From Candidatus Latescibacterota bacterium (lineage in GTDB: Bacteria; Latescibacterota; UBA2968; UBA8231), in contig OY730476.1 of NCBI GenBank assembly GCA_963422735.1, positions 992,001 to 1,056,000 of the forward strand: 64,000 nucleotides of DNA, read 5' to 3'. Positions 1-9,225 of this stretch are shown in pieces. Each line of letters opens with the position of its first letter. The first letter of the stretch is position 1. The notes below the pieces were generated by a model. It was not told the origin of the DNA. It worked only from the letters and a program-made list of their open reading frames with translations, and searched no databases. The translations under genes were made by a program, and so were the position numbers.

Positions 1-626
1 AGGTCGGCAGGCTCATTAATCCCCTCTAAGTCCTCGTAGGGCAGGCCATAGCGCGCCATCCCCGGGCTGTACCCATACGACGGCTCCTCGTCCTCTTCGT
101 ACAGCCAGCGCGGACCCCTGCTCCCATTGTGGGCGCACTTGATGATCTTGTGCTTTGGGTCGTAGTTGAGGGCCTCTGGGTCTTCATTGAGATAGAATCC
201 GGCAAAGCGCCGCGCCCGCACCACATTCTCGGCGTGGGTCGGGTCGGCCATGCACAGCAAATAGAAGTAGATGTAGCTCTCGCTCTGGTGGAACTGGTCG
301 TAGCCGATCTCGTATTCCTTGTCCACGTGGCCGTACTCTGCCATCAGCGCGGTGGTAGCCTCCCACTGCCGCTGGCCCAAGGCGAGCAAATAGTCGCCGC
401 CGCCGAGCAAGTACAGCAGCGGCCAGTTGTAGAAGCTCTCGTAGAAGTCGTCGGCCCCGTCGCGGGTGTGGCGCAGGCCGTCGCGCCAGATCAAGCGGCC
501 GTCGGGGTGGGTGTACTCTGCCAAGAATGGATGGACGGCTTCCTCCATGACTTGGAAAAGCTGTCGTTCCAGCACAGCCCAAGCCGGGGGCTGTGCTAGT
601 GGTAGGGTTGCTTCAATGGCGATCAT
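1..626 (-). CDS. Uncharacterised 'PPAW-ER' family protein (5' part only, runs off the window); paralog of 44330..46306
   Basis: Manual translation from ATG 626: MIAIEATLPLAQPPAWAVLERQL...DDFYESFYNWPLLYLLGG...RARRFAGFYLNEDPEALNYDP, open to the window edge. Absent from the ORF track because there is no stop in the window. Confidence 0.85.
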   Translation of the reverse strand, partial: MIAIEATLPLAQPPAWAVLERQLFQVMEEAVHPFLAEYTHPDGRLIWRDGLRHTRDGADDFYESFYNWPLLYLLGGGDYLLALGQRQWEATTALMAEYGHVDKEYEIGYDQFHQSESYIYFYLLCMADPTHAENVVRARRFAGFYLNEDPEALNYDPKHKIIKCAHNGSRGPRWLYEEDEEPSYGYSPGMARYGLPYEDLEGINEPAD

Positions 627-635
627 ACCCACAAC

Positions 636-1326
636 CTATTCTGCATCCAAGACTTCTGGAGTCAGTTGATACCAGAATACTTCTCCAGATTCAATGGAGT
701 CCTGTATGCGGTCGTCGCGGTACAGACCCGCGACGACCGCATAGGCACACTTGCCGGTGAACATCGTCAAAAATCTAGCGTTGCGAATGGCCCGCGTGGT
801 GTCCCGTCCATTGACGGTAAAAGAGATTTCCACCGCGATGTAGCAAGCTGCGCCGTCCGAGTCAGTGGCCTCCATAATCAGATCAGCCTCGCGGAAACTC
901 CTCAGTTCATTTGTAGGAATATCCGCCGTGTCAGCGAGGTCAATCAGTGCCCACAGATCATCGTCGGTGAGGTTTCTCGTCCGCTGGAGGCCCATCTCCC
1001 TAGCGATTGAACCGGCCCTTCTGAGCGCGGCACTGCGGGCGTGGGTACTTTTGAGTACGCCTACACTATCTTGGATAGACTTCACTTTGGTATCGAGCGA
1101 CTCAAGACGCTGACTCGTGACCTCGGCCTTCGATTCAAGCGAATCGAGACGTTGGGTCGTCGCCTCGACAAAGCTGTCCACCTTGGCGGCAAGACTATTC
1201 ACCCTTGCGGCGAGCTGCGTTAACTTTTAGTTCGCGCGTCAGCAGCCGGGCACGCATGGCCTCGAGCCATTCGGGATTTTCGTCCAATATCTACATTAGG
1301 TCTTCTATCGTATGGATTGCGTTCAT
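636..1326 (-). pseudogene. Coiled-coil plus PD-(D/E)xK-like domain protein with a premature TAG at codon 12
   Basis: ATG 1326 with GGGGAG RBS: MNAIHTIEDLM*ILDENPEWLEAMRARLL continues in frame into ORF 636..1202 (heptad region, then ADLIMEA...YIAVEISFTV). TAG at 1291-1293. Confidence 0.7.
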
Positions 1327-1363
1327 AGCTCCCCCTTTTCCTCCATTGCCGTTATCTTTTGCC

Positions 1364-2119
1364 TCACCCCTTCCCCCCCTTCACACTCCACACCGACCCC
1401 GTAGTGTACGTATTCCGCTCCGAGCACAAAAACTCAATCACTTCGGCCACCTCCTCCGCGTCCGAATAGCGTCCGATCGGGTTGCCCGGATCGCGCAGAT
1501 GCGCCTCGTCAAAGCGCGGCACGACCATGTCAGTCAGTGCCCGGCCCGGCTCGACGCCGTTGACGAACACCCCCTGCCGCGGCCAAGCATCGCCCAGTGC
1601 CTGAATAAACGACCAGACCGCTCCCTTGGACACCGAGTACGGCACCTGATTGGGGCTGCCGTTGCGCGCTCCGGAAGAAATCGTCACGCAGCGCCCCCAC
1701 CCTCGCTCCAGCATGTGCGGGACCGCCGCCTGATGCGCGTAGTACACTCCGTGGACATTGATCTGCATAACCTTGGCAAACTGCGCGGCCTTCTGCTCGA
1801 AAAAGGGCTTCTCCCACCCTAAGACACCGGCACTGCACACCAGCACATCGAGCCGCCCAAAGGCTTTCACCGCTTGGGCCACCGCCTCGTACACCTGCCC
1901 CTCGTCGGTCACATCTGCCTCGACAAAAAGTGCCTGCTGCCCCAGAGCCTCGATCTCCCGCACCCGCTCCTGCGCCGGTTCCTCCAGCACATCGACAATG
2001 GCAATGTGCCGCCCGGCCTCGGCCAAGCGCAGCGCGGTCGCACCCCCGATGCCGCACGCACCCCCTGTAATCAGGGCCACCCTCTGCTCAACAGGTGCTG
2101 CAAATCGCAAATGTGCCAT
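1364..2119 (-). CDS. SDR family oxidoreductase
   Basis: TGGACGIG Rossmann motif; YSVSK catalytic YxxxK. Confidence 0.92.
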   Translation of the reverse strand: MAHLRFAAPVEQRVALITGGACGIGGATALRLAEAGRHIAIVDVLEEPAQERVREIEALGQQALFVEADVTDEGQVYEAVAQAVKAFGRLDVLVCSAGVLGWEKPFFEQKAAQFAKVMQINVHGVYYAHQAAVPHMLERGWGRCVTISSGARNGSPNQVPYSVSKGAVWSFIQALGDAWPRQGVFVNGVEPGRALTDMVVPRFDEAHLRDPGNPIGRYSDAEEVAEVIEFLCSERNTYTTGSVWSVKGGKG

Positions 2120-2215
2120 ACTACCCTCCCCTTGCTTGCGCGGTCGCGCAGTTTTGAATAAATAAGCTACCTATCGCTACTAGTACCCCCTTACGATATA
2201 CACGGAGCATCAAAA

Positions 2216-3343
2216 ATGAAAATCGAACAGATCGACTCCCTCCTTATAGGCAACGGCTACATCGTCCGCATCACCACCGACACCGGCCTAACCGGCATCG
2301 GCCAAACCGCCTGTTGGGGCTATCCCACGGCCGTGCAGAGCATCGTCGATGTATTCAAAGATTACCTCATCGGCCAAAATCCCCTCCGCATTGAACACCA
2401 CTGGCATCACCTCTATCGCATGGCCCCCTTCAGAGGCACGGCCATCATGGGAGCCGTCTCGGCCGTGGATATCGCGCTGTGGGACATTAAGGGCAAGCAC
2501 TTTGAGGTTCCGGTGTGGGAACTGTTGGGCGGCAATGTCCGCGACAAGATCCGCCTACACCTGCTCTCTGGGGGCAGCACCCCGGAGGCCAATTTCAACG
2601 CCGCTCAAGCTGCCGTCGCCGAGGGCTTCACCGCCATCAAGTTCGACCCCATCACTATGGACTGCCACGACAAGGGCCAAGCGCGGATGATCCAAACCGC
2701 CGTCGAGCTGACCGCAGCCGCGCGCGAAGCCGGCGGCCCGGATTTGGACCTGATTATCGAGCTGCACCGCAAGCTGACGCCCATGGTCTCCCTAGCCCTC
2801 GCCGAGGCCCTCAAGCCCTTCCATGTCTTCTTCCTCGAAGACCCGGTCCAAATCGACAGCATCTCGACCCAAGCCCACATCGCGCAGAAATCTACCGTGC
2901 CCTTTGGCAACGGCGAACGCTTTGTGTCTATATGGGAGTTCCGCGAGTTGTTGGAACAAGGCGGCCCCCAGTATTTGCGGCCGGACGTGGCTTTGGCCGG
3001 CGGCATCTCGCATTGCAAAAAAATCGCCGCCATCGGCGAAGCCTACCACTGCGCAGTAGTGACCCACAACTTCTTGGGGCCGCTGATTACCGCCGCCTCT
3101 CTGCACCTCGACGCCTCGATTCCCAACTTTATTACCCAAGAATACACCAAGGGGGACGAAGCCCCGTACCACGCGGTCTATCGGTGCGCGTATAAGCGCG
3201 AGGGCGGCTACATCCCAATTCCCCAAGCCCCGGGCCTCGGCGTGGAGCTAGATGAGAATTTGATTGACGAGACGCCTTATAAACCCATCAACAACGCTTC
3301 CACCCCGCTGCGCGCCGACGGTTCGGTGTCCTATGCCGTATGA
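2216..3343 (+). CDS. Mandelate racemase/muconate lactonizing enzyme family, galactonate dehydratase-like
   Basis: SAVDIALWDIKGK, KFD, ELH, EDP, GER and HN motifs. Confidence 0.9.
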   Translation: MKIEQIDSLLIGNGYIVRITTDTGLTGIGQTACWGYPTAVQSIVDVFKDYLIGQNPLRIEHHWHHLYRMAPFRGTAIMGAVSAVDIALWDIKGKHFEVPVWELLGGNVRDKIRLHLLSGGSTPEANFNAAQAAVAEGFTAIKFDPITMDCHDKGQARMIQTAVELTAAAREAGGPDLDLIIELHRKLTPMVSLALAEALKPFHVFFLEDPVQIDSISTQAHIAQKSTVPFGNGERFVSIWEFRELLEQGGPQYLRPDVALAGGISHCKKIAAIGEAYHCAVVTHNFLGPLITAASLHLDASIPNFITQEYTKGDEAPYHAVYRCAYKREGGYIPIPQAPGLGVELDENLIDETPYKPINNASTPLRADGSVSYAV

Positions 3344-3348
3344 GCAGC

Positions 3349-3419
3349 CAGTGGACAGTGGACAGTCCACACCCCATCGGGGTTGGGTAGGGCGGCCTGA
3401 GCACTAACCACTAACCACT
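3349..3419. repeat. Heptamer-periodic imperfect inverted repeat (CAGTGGA)n...(CACTAAC)n
   Basis: CAGTGGACAGTGGACAGT at 3349-3366 and CACTAACCACTAACCACT at 3402-3419; a similar element lies at 47234-47315. Confidence 0.65.
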
Positions 3420-3438
3420 TTCCATAGGAGTTTTCATT

Positions 3439-4086
3439 ATGAATGTCCTAATTTTATCCGGCACCAACCATCAGTTTGCGGCCAGTGCCTTGGTCATTCA
3501 CGAGTTTTTGAGTGCGCACGACGATCTGTCCGTTGCGCTTGACGACGACAAGGACGTGTTGGCATCAGATGGTCTGCGCGATTTCGATGTGCTGATCCAC
3601 GGCACCGGATTCACGCGCACCGAGCGGCGAGAAGACGGCACCGTACAGCAAGTGCCCGAGCTGACGCTCGTGCAAGAAGAGGGGCTGTTCGATTTTGTCG
3701 CCTATGGCAAAGGGCTAGTCGGCATCCACGGCACCGCGTGGTGGATTGGCGGCAAAGCCGCGGACTTGATTGGCGGTCACGCCAACTGGCATCCGCCGGG
3801 ATCGACCTTCACCGTCGATATTATCGACAGCGATCACCCGGTTACGCAGGGCGTACCCGACTTTGACGTGGAAGACGAGATTTACATGTCGGCGTGGGAC
3901 CCGGCCATTCGCATTTTGGCCACAGCCGAGTGGAGCGGCAATCAGCATCCCCTAGCGTGGGTCAAACCCTACGGTGCCGGGCGGGTGTTCTACACGGCTT
4001 TGGGGCATGGGCCGGGAACATTTACATGCCTAGGGATGCAGCAGATAATGGTGCAAGGAGTGCGGTGGGCCGGAGGAAGTCTATAA
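3439..4086 (+). CDS. ThuA-like domain protein (class I glutamine amidotransferase-like fold)
   Basis: GKGLVGIH, HPP, DEIY and GRVFYTALGH motifs. Confidence 0.88.
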   Translation: MNVLILSGTNHQFAASALVIHEFLSAHDDLSVALDDDKDVLASDGLRDFDVLIHGTGFTRTERREDGTVQQVPELTLVQEEGLFDFVAYGKGLVGIHGTAWWIGGKAADLIGGHANWHPPGSTFTVDIIDSDHPVTQGVPDFDVEDEIYMSAWDPAIRILATAEWSGNQHPLAWVKPYGAGRVFYTALGHGPGTFTCLGMQQIMVQGVRWAGGSL

Positions 4087-5757
4087 AAATCCACCCTTCG
4101 CATCAGACCACTGCCCACAGCGGATTTCCAACGTCCGCGCCACCGGCGTCCGCAGGGCGACGAGCACCCGCAAGTGCCCCTCGTCGATCTCGCTATTGCG
4201 CATCCGCCACATAGTGTGCTCCATGGCCCCGGAGCCGATGCGGATGGCGTCGTTTCCCACCCGGTAGAGCGCATAGCCTGCTTTGAGAAAGACCGTGTGA
4301 CCAGCACGGCCCTCGACGAGCGCACTATCCGTCTCTAAGGTTCCGCCCGGAGCAAAAACCCCCTCAATCTGAAAGGGCACCCCATCAACGCCCCCTGAGG
4401 TGCGGATGTGGAGGTCAAAACCGTCGGCCACCTCCTCGACGTGCAACTCGACTTCCAGCGGGGACAACTCATACGTCGCCCGCCGGCCCCGCACTTGGCC
4501 CCAGTTGTCGGCATCGACTTGCTCGGCAATCGGCAGCCAGTAAATCCCCCCTACGTAATCCTTTTCTGGGTAGATGCGGTTGCGTCCCTTGTGCTGCATC
4601 CGCACCCCGTTGTCCGCCGTGGCAAACTCCTCACCAACAAATTGCCCGGTAGCAAAATAGGTCGATGATATCTTCACCGCCGCCAATTCGGCCTGCCCAC
4701 AGACCACGCTAAAAGGCGCGGTCAAGCCGGACGCAGCCGTAGCACTCACCGCGCCCTGACGCACCCGCCACAGGCCGGATGCGGGATAGACGCGGCTATA
4801 GTGTTCGGGCAAAGGCGTCCGCTTTAGACAAGTCGCCCGCCACTCGGGATGCAGGACGTAGTTGGGCAGACAGACCAAACCGCTGCGGCCGCACGCGACC
4901 AACAGGTCGGCCACGGCCGCGTAAAAGCCATTGTCGTCTAAATGGGCCAAGGCGTGATAGCCATCGGCCAGACCGGTCGGCACAGCCCGCGTATCGCGGT
5001 CCTGCCGCTTGGAAATGCTCGTCACCGCGGTGGCATCGGCGTGGAGGAGATGGTAGGACAAATCCAAGTTGCGCCGCACAGGCTCCAGCAGGTCGGGTCG
5101 TGCAAGCACGTACGCGGCGCGGATTAAGGCGCGGTTGACCACGGCATTGTACACGCCTGTGCTCCGCTCGCTGTATTCGCCATCGGCGTTGATGTCAATG
5201 CTTTCGTCGAGGTACGCGTCCACCGTCGCGCTCACCTCCAGCTCTGGATAGAGGGCTTGGGCTTGGGCCAATGCAGCGACTAACACCCAGCGGTGGTTAG
5301 GCGTGTGGAAGCCGCCGGCGGCCATGCCCGGAGCCGCAGTCTGTATGAGGTCGCCCAAGGCGACCGCGATTTCTGCGGCTCCCTCGTCGTCTGTAGCCTG
5401 TTGTCGCGCCGCAAACACGACCGGTGCAATGGCCTGCACCACAAAGCCTGCGTCCGGGGCCGAGTCAAAGTTGGTGGTTAGTAAATCAAAGCAGCCCGAT
5501 GGCCGGCGGTGCCGGCGGGCAAACTCGGCGGCAAGGAGGATCCGCTCTAAGAGCACCTCGCTCCGGTAGTGGCGCGACTCGGGCAGGAGATAGGCGTAGC
5601 CAAGCGACGCAACCGCGCTGATGCCGCTGGAGCCGACCAGCCGATCTTGATCGACAAAGCCACCGCAATAGGGGCTTTCCGCGTCCAGCACTTGGCGCGT
5701 CAGTACGCCCTCTACCTGCTGATCGAGTTCGCCGACGAGCGGTGCGTACGCAATCAT
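4081..5757 (-). CDS. Hypothetical protein, probably heparinase II/III-like (alpha/alpha toroid) polysaccharide-processing enzyme
   Basis: 558-aa ORF with GGFHTPNHRW and DGEYSERSTGVY motifs; translationally coupled to the upstream Gfo/Idh/MocA gene. Fold is inferred. Confidence 0.65.
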   Translation of the reverse strand: MIAYAPLVGELDQQVEGVLTRQVLDAESPYCGGFVDQDRLVGSSGISAVASLGYAYLLPESRHYRSEVLLERILLAAEFARRHRRPSGCFDLLTTNFDSAPDAGFVVQAIAPVVFAARQQATDDEGAAEIAVALGDLIQTAAPGMAAGGFHTPNHRWVLVAALAQAQALYPELEVSATVDAYLDESIDINADGEYSERSTGVYNAVVNRALIRAAYVLARPDLLEPVRRNLDLSYHLLHADATAVTSISKRQDRDTRAVPTGLADGYHALAHLDDNGFYAAVADLLVACGRSGLVCLPNYVLHPEWRATCLKRTPLPEHYSRVYPASGLWRVRQGAVSATAASGLTAPFSVVCGQAELAAVKISSTYFATGQFVGEEFATADNGVRMQHKGRNRIYPEKDYVGGIYWLPIAEQVDADNWGQVRGRRATYELSPLEVELHVEEVADGFDLHIRTSGGVDGVPFQIEGVFAPGGTLETDSALVEGRAGHTVFLKAGYALYRVGNDAIRIGSGAMEHTMWRMRNSEIDEGHLRVLVALRTPVARTLEIRCGQWSDAKGGFL

Positions 5758-6719
5758 CGCCGCTTTTGCTTCAGCGACCGATACGCCGCTTCGGTAAGCT
5801 TGGCTACTGCCACGGCAAAATCCGGCCGCTCATAGCCCTTACCGCCGTTGCGAATCCAGCGCAAAAAGGCTGCGTCCGGCGTATCTTCCCGCACCCGCTT
5901 GGGCACCTCCAACGGCTCCCCGTTCAGCAACACCTCCCGCACCTGCCACTGGTGCAAATGAAAGACCAAGGTCCCCGCGTCGCCGTGGATGGCCAGCCGC
6001 TCGTCGTGCCGGCTCGCGCTGCCGACAAAGCTCAGCGATCCCAACGCGCCACCGCGAAACCGCGCATTGATCACAGCATCCATATCCACCTGCTTGCCCC
6101 GCTTGTCCATGAAGGCCGAGACCTTTACCGGCGTCAAACCGGTAATCCACAACACCGCGGCCACCAAGTGACTGCCGGTGTCCATGAACATCCCGCCTCC
6201 TGACAACTCGGGCACCATCCGCCATCCCTTCCCGCCCCAGTTTTGCGTCACGTAGGCGACGATTCCCTTGATCTGGCCGAGAACACCCTTCTGCACCAGC
6301 TCTCGCGCACACGCATACGCTGGGTAAAAATTGCGCTGATAGCTGACGACCAACACGCGCTCGCGCTCGGCAGCCAGATCAATTAGGGCTTGGGCGTGGC
6401 GAGCCTTCGTCGTCAGGGGTTTCTCGACCAGAACGTGCAGATCCCGCTCTAGCGCGTAGCGCGCCTGTGCGTAGTGAGTCGAATGCGGCGAAGAAATCAG
6501 CACCCCATCGAGCGCATCTACGCCAATCATCTGCCGGTAGTCGGCGTAATATGTAGCCTCGGCCCCCCACGCTTCCATCAATTGCCGAGCCGACGCTTCC
6601 TCCGGGTCGGCAACCGCCACCAACTCTACGCGGCCATCGGCTTTTAGCCGGGGAATGTGGGCCCCGCGCATGTTGCCGCCACAGCCGATTAGACCGACGC
6701 GAATCTTCTTCTTTGCCAT
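5754..6719 (-). CDS. Gfo/Idh/MocA family oxidoreductase
   Basis: GLIGCGG, HVLVEKP and GGGMFMDTGSH motifs. Confidence 0.92.
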   Translation of the reverse strand: MAKKKIRVGLIGCGGNMRGAHIPRLKADGRVELVAVADPEEASARQLMEAWGAEATYYADYRQMIGVDALDGVLISSPHSTHYAQARYALERDLHVLVEKPLTTKARHAQALIDLAAERERVLVVSYQRNFYPAYACARELVQKGVLGQIKGIVAYVTQNWGGKGWRMVPELSGGGMFMDTGSHLVAAVLWITGLTPVKVSAFMDKRGKQVDMDAVINARFRGGALGSLSFVGSASRHDERLAIHGDAGTLVFHLHQWQVREVLLNGEPLEVPKRVREDTPDAAFLRWIRNGGKGYERPDFAVAVAKLTEAAYRSLKQKRR

Positions 6720-6729
6720 TGTGTTCCTC

Positions 6730-6760
6730 TCAATCTATTAGGTTAAACCCCGCCGAACAT
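6730..6760 (-). repeat. Displaced, diverged copy of the 3' end of gene 8402..9190 (att-like scar)
   Basis: tcaatctattaggttaaac-c-ccgccgaacat versus 8402-8443 tcagtcgattaggctaaac-aacggcgcgact-ccgccgaacat: 27 of 30 aligned bases match, net 11-nt internal deletion. Confidence 0.8.
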
Positions 6761-6771
6761 CCTCATCAGTC

Positions 6772-7380
6772 CTAACCGATTCCAAGTATCTTTGCGACAA
6801 ATTGGGTTCGTGCATAGAAAGCCCGGCTTGTGCTGCCATGCCCGGCTCCCTTGGTTCTCGGCTGAACCAGCACACCCATTTTGCCGGTTAGATACTCAAA
6901 TCCCTTGGTTGCAATGCAACTTCTCACTTCTTCATAATCTCTCTTTATTTGCTCGTAATCAGCCTCGTTATTGAGATCAAAAGCCGATACGTTCATCAAA
7001 ATAGATCGGTTCTCGTCCTTAGACTCGAATAACCTAGCGCAAATCACTACTCTTTTCAGTTTTGTGAGCAAGTGGCTTTGTTCAAAGGGGGTACGTTTGA
7101 CGTTGATCGGGTCGATCATGGTAATAGCCATAGTCTCCTTAACCCTGATGCTGCCATTAGCAAGTTTTTTCAATGGAACAATTTTTAGTTCCCATGATCC
7201 GAAGTTAGGTGACTACGCCGAATTGATGGGAAGCCCCAAGTACCTTTCAAGCAGATGACCTGCCCACCCTTTGTTTTTCTTGTCACCTCTCCAAATGCTC
7301 ACTTTATGTTGAGCGGCGAGTAAAACCAAATCCTGTCCCTTTAGCAATTTCAGCTTGCTGATTGCAGTTTCCCGTTCCAT
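6772..7380 (-). pseudogene. MutH/Sau3AI family restriction endonuclease with an in-frame TAG
   Basis: ATG 7380: MERETAISKLK...NKGWAGHLLERYLGLPINSA*SPNFGSWELKIVPLKK...KETMAITMI...QPRTKGAGHGSTSRAFYART. TAG at 7213-7215 (codon 56). Confidence 0.85.
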
Positions 7381-7389
7381 TGAATCTCC

Positions 7390-8283
7390 TTACGCAAAAT
7401 TTAGGGACGATTGCCGGTTATCTATCGAGTAGATCAAACGTTCTATGGATAGATCGATAAACTCAGATTCGAGTTCTGTCCCCACGAATCTTCGTCGGAG
7501 GTTCACAGCGGCTACGCCGGTGGTTGAACTACCAGAAAAAGGATCGAAGATCAAGTCTCCTGCGTTTGTCGATGCCATAACTATCCTCTCTATGAGCGTA
7601 ATAGGCTTTTGAGTAGGGTGTTTGCCAAATTTTTTTTCTTCGCTATTAGGAGGCCTAAAAGACCATACCGACTTCATTTGTTTTCCATGGTTTAATTTCC
7701 TCATCTCGGCATAGTTAAAACAGTGCTTTGATTTTTCATTTTTAGCGGCCCAGATAATGGTTTCCGTTGCGTGAGTAAAATAGCGGCAAGACAAATTCGG
7801 CGGGGGATTGGGCTTTTCCCATGTAATATCGTTGAGAATCTTCATTCCCATCTGTTGCATGGCATAACCCACAGAGTGAATGACATGTTGGGTTCCAGAC
7901 ACCCAGATCGTTCCGTCGGGTTTCAATACTCTTTGACACCTCGATAACCAAGCGGTATTGAACTCGTGATTTATTTCTGGGCCTTTGGATTGGTCCCACT
8001 TTCCCTTATCGACCTTCACCATTTTTCCAGCGTGGCAGGTAATCCCTCCATTGGAAAGAAAATATGGAGGGTCTGCAAATATCATATCGAATTTGCCCTC
8101 CGGGTATTTGCCGATGAACATATCCAAAAACTCAAGACAATTAGCCCGATATAGGCAGATACCGAATTCATTATTGCAGAATACGCATTGGTTCGGTGAG
8201 TGTTCAGAACTCTCCATGACCAGCAAAGGCATAAGGGGGCTTTCTGGCGATTGCTCATAACTAGGCCCTTGCTTGTATTTCAT
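7390..8283 (-). CDS. Beta-class N6/N4 DNA methyltransferase (DpnIIB/MboIB-like, probably GATC)
   Basis: FADPPYFLS precedes HPTQKP and FDPFSGSSTT; visibly lower GC than the flanks. Confidence 0.92.
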   Translation of the reverse strand: MKYKQGPSYEQSPESPLMPLLVMESSEHSPNQCVFCNNEFGICLYRANCLEFLDMFIGKYPEGKFDMIFADPPYFLSNGGITCHAGKMVKVDKGKWDQSKGPEINHEFNTAWLSRCQRVLKPDGTIWVSGTQHVIHSVGYAMQQMGMKILNDITWEKPNPPPNLSCRYFTHATETIIWAAKNEKSKHCFNYAEMRKLNHGKQMKSVWSFRPPNSEEKKFGKHPTQKPITLIERIVMASTNAGDLIFDPFSGSSTTGVAAVNLRRRFVGTELESEFIDLSIERLIYSIDNRQSSLNFA

Positions 8284-8401
8284 CTAGATAACTATCTCCT
8301 TAACCGTATCTGAATTTGGCTTGAGTAGGAACCAGCCAAATGGATATTAGAACGCCTAATGTGCCCCGAGCACGAGCGAAAAATGGTGGCAGCACCCGTC
8401 C

Positions 8402-9190
8402 TCAGTCGATTAGGCTAAACAACGGCGCGACTCCGCCGAACATACCCGGAAAGCGGAACACGGCCTCGTCCCGGTCGCAGATGCGTGCGAGGAGTGCTTC
8501 GTCGAGCAAGGCGCGCTGGCGGTCGAAAAGGATTTGCTCTTCTTCAACCGCGTACGAACCCTCGCGCCGCGCCTGATCTTGTACGGCGGTGATTTCAGGG
8601 TCGCCGGCCAGTTTTTCCGCCATCGTCCCTAAGAAACGTTCCAGCAACGGCCGATGCCTGCCGTTGGCCGCTTGTGCAGCCGCCGCGTCAAAGGCGGCAT
8701 GGGACTTCACCAGTCGCTCACGCCAGTCGTCGGGCACCTCGCCGTCGAGGGTGAAGGGGACAGCATGGCCCAATAGCGGCGTGCGGTCCTCGGTTTGAAA
8801 CGCCACGAGTACGCAATGGTCCTCCAAGGGCCGGGCTCGAAACCGGACGATGGCCCCCGGCTCAATATCGGCGATCTCGCCAGCGGCGAGCGGCTGCGTT
8901 TTTGCCCCGTCCATAGAGAGCACATCTAGATACGCCTCGGCGCAGAAGTAGGCGATGATATGCTCGCGAGGCCTCCCTTGTATCCCGCAACGCCCAAAAG
9001 GCAGCGAATACACCCAGTCGCTATCAGTCTCGCCATCGCCCTCCCCGAGCAACTGACGCAAGGCGCGATAAAGGCGCTCGGCTTCGCTCGCCGCAGCCGT
9101 AGGCCGCGGCGCAACCGCCCCCGCTTCATCCACCCCCACCCGATAAGGCACCCCGTACCCAAACAGCCGCACGCTCAACGGATTACCCAT
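8402..9190 (-). CDS. Hypothetical protein (possible degenerate cupin-like N-terminal half)
   Basis: Long ORF directly downstream of the DegT gene; start taken at ATG 9190 (uncertain). Confidence 0.65.
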   Translation of the reverse strand: MGNPLSVRLFGYGVPYRVGVDEAGAVAPRPTAAASEAERLYRALRQLLGEGDGETDSDWVYSLPFGRCGIQGRPREHIIAYFCAEAYLDVLSMDGAKTQPLAAGEIADIEPGAIVRFRARPLEDHCVLVAFQTEDRTPLLGHAVPFTLDGEVPDDWRERLVKSHAAFDAAAAQAANGRHRPLLERFLGTMAEKLAGDPEITAVQDQARREGSYAVEEEQILFDRQRALLDEALLARICDRDEAVFRFPGMFGGVAPLFSLID

Positions 9191-9225
9191 ACCATCCATC
9201 CTGTCCATCCCATAAATCTCATAAA

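Noticed and set aside
1291-7215. Amber (TAG) recoding or pyrrolysine, suggested by two in-frame TAGs at probable Gln positions
   Set aside because: TAG terminates core genes such as rpsI (at its conserved ...FSKR end), rpsB, ftsA, murF and ftsI. No suppressor tRNA or pyl genes are in the window. Simple C>T nonsense mutations explain both.
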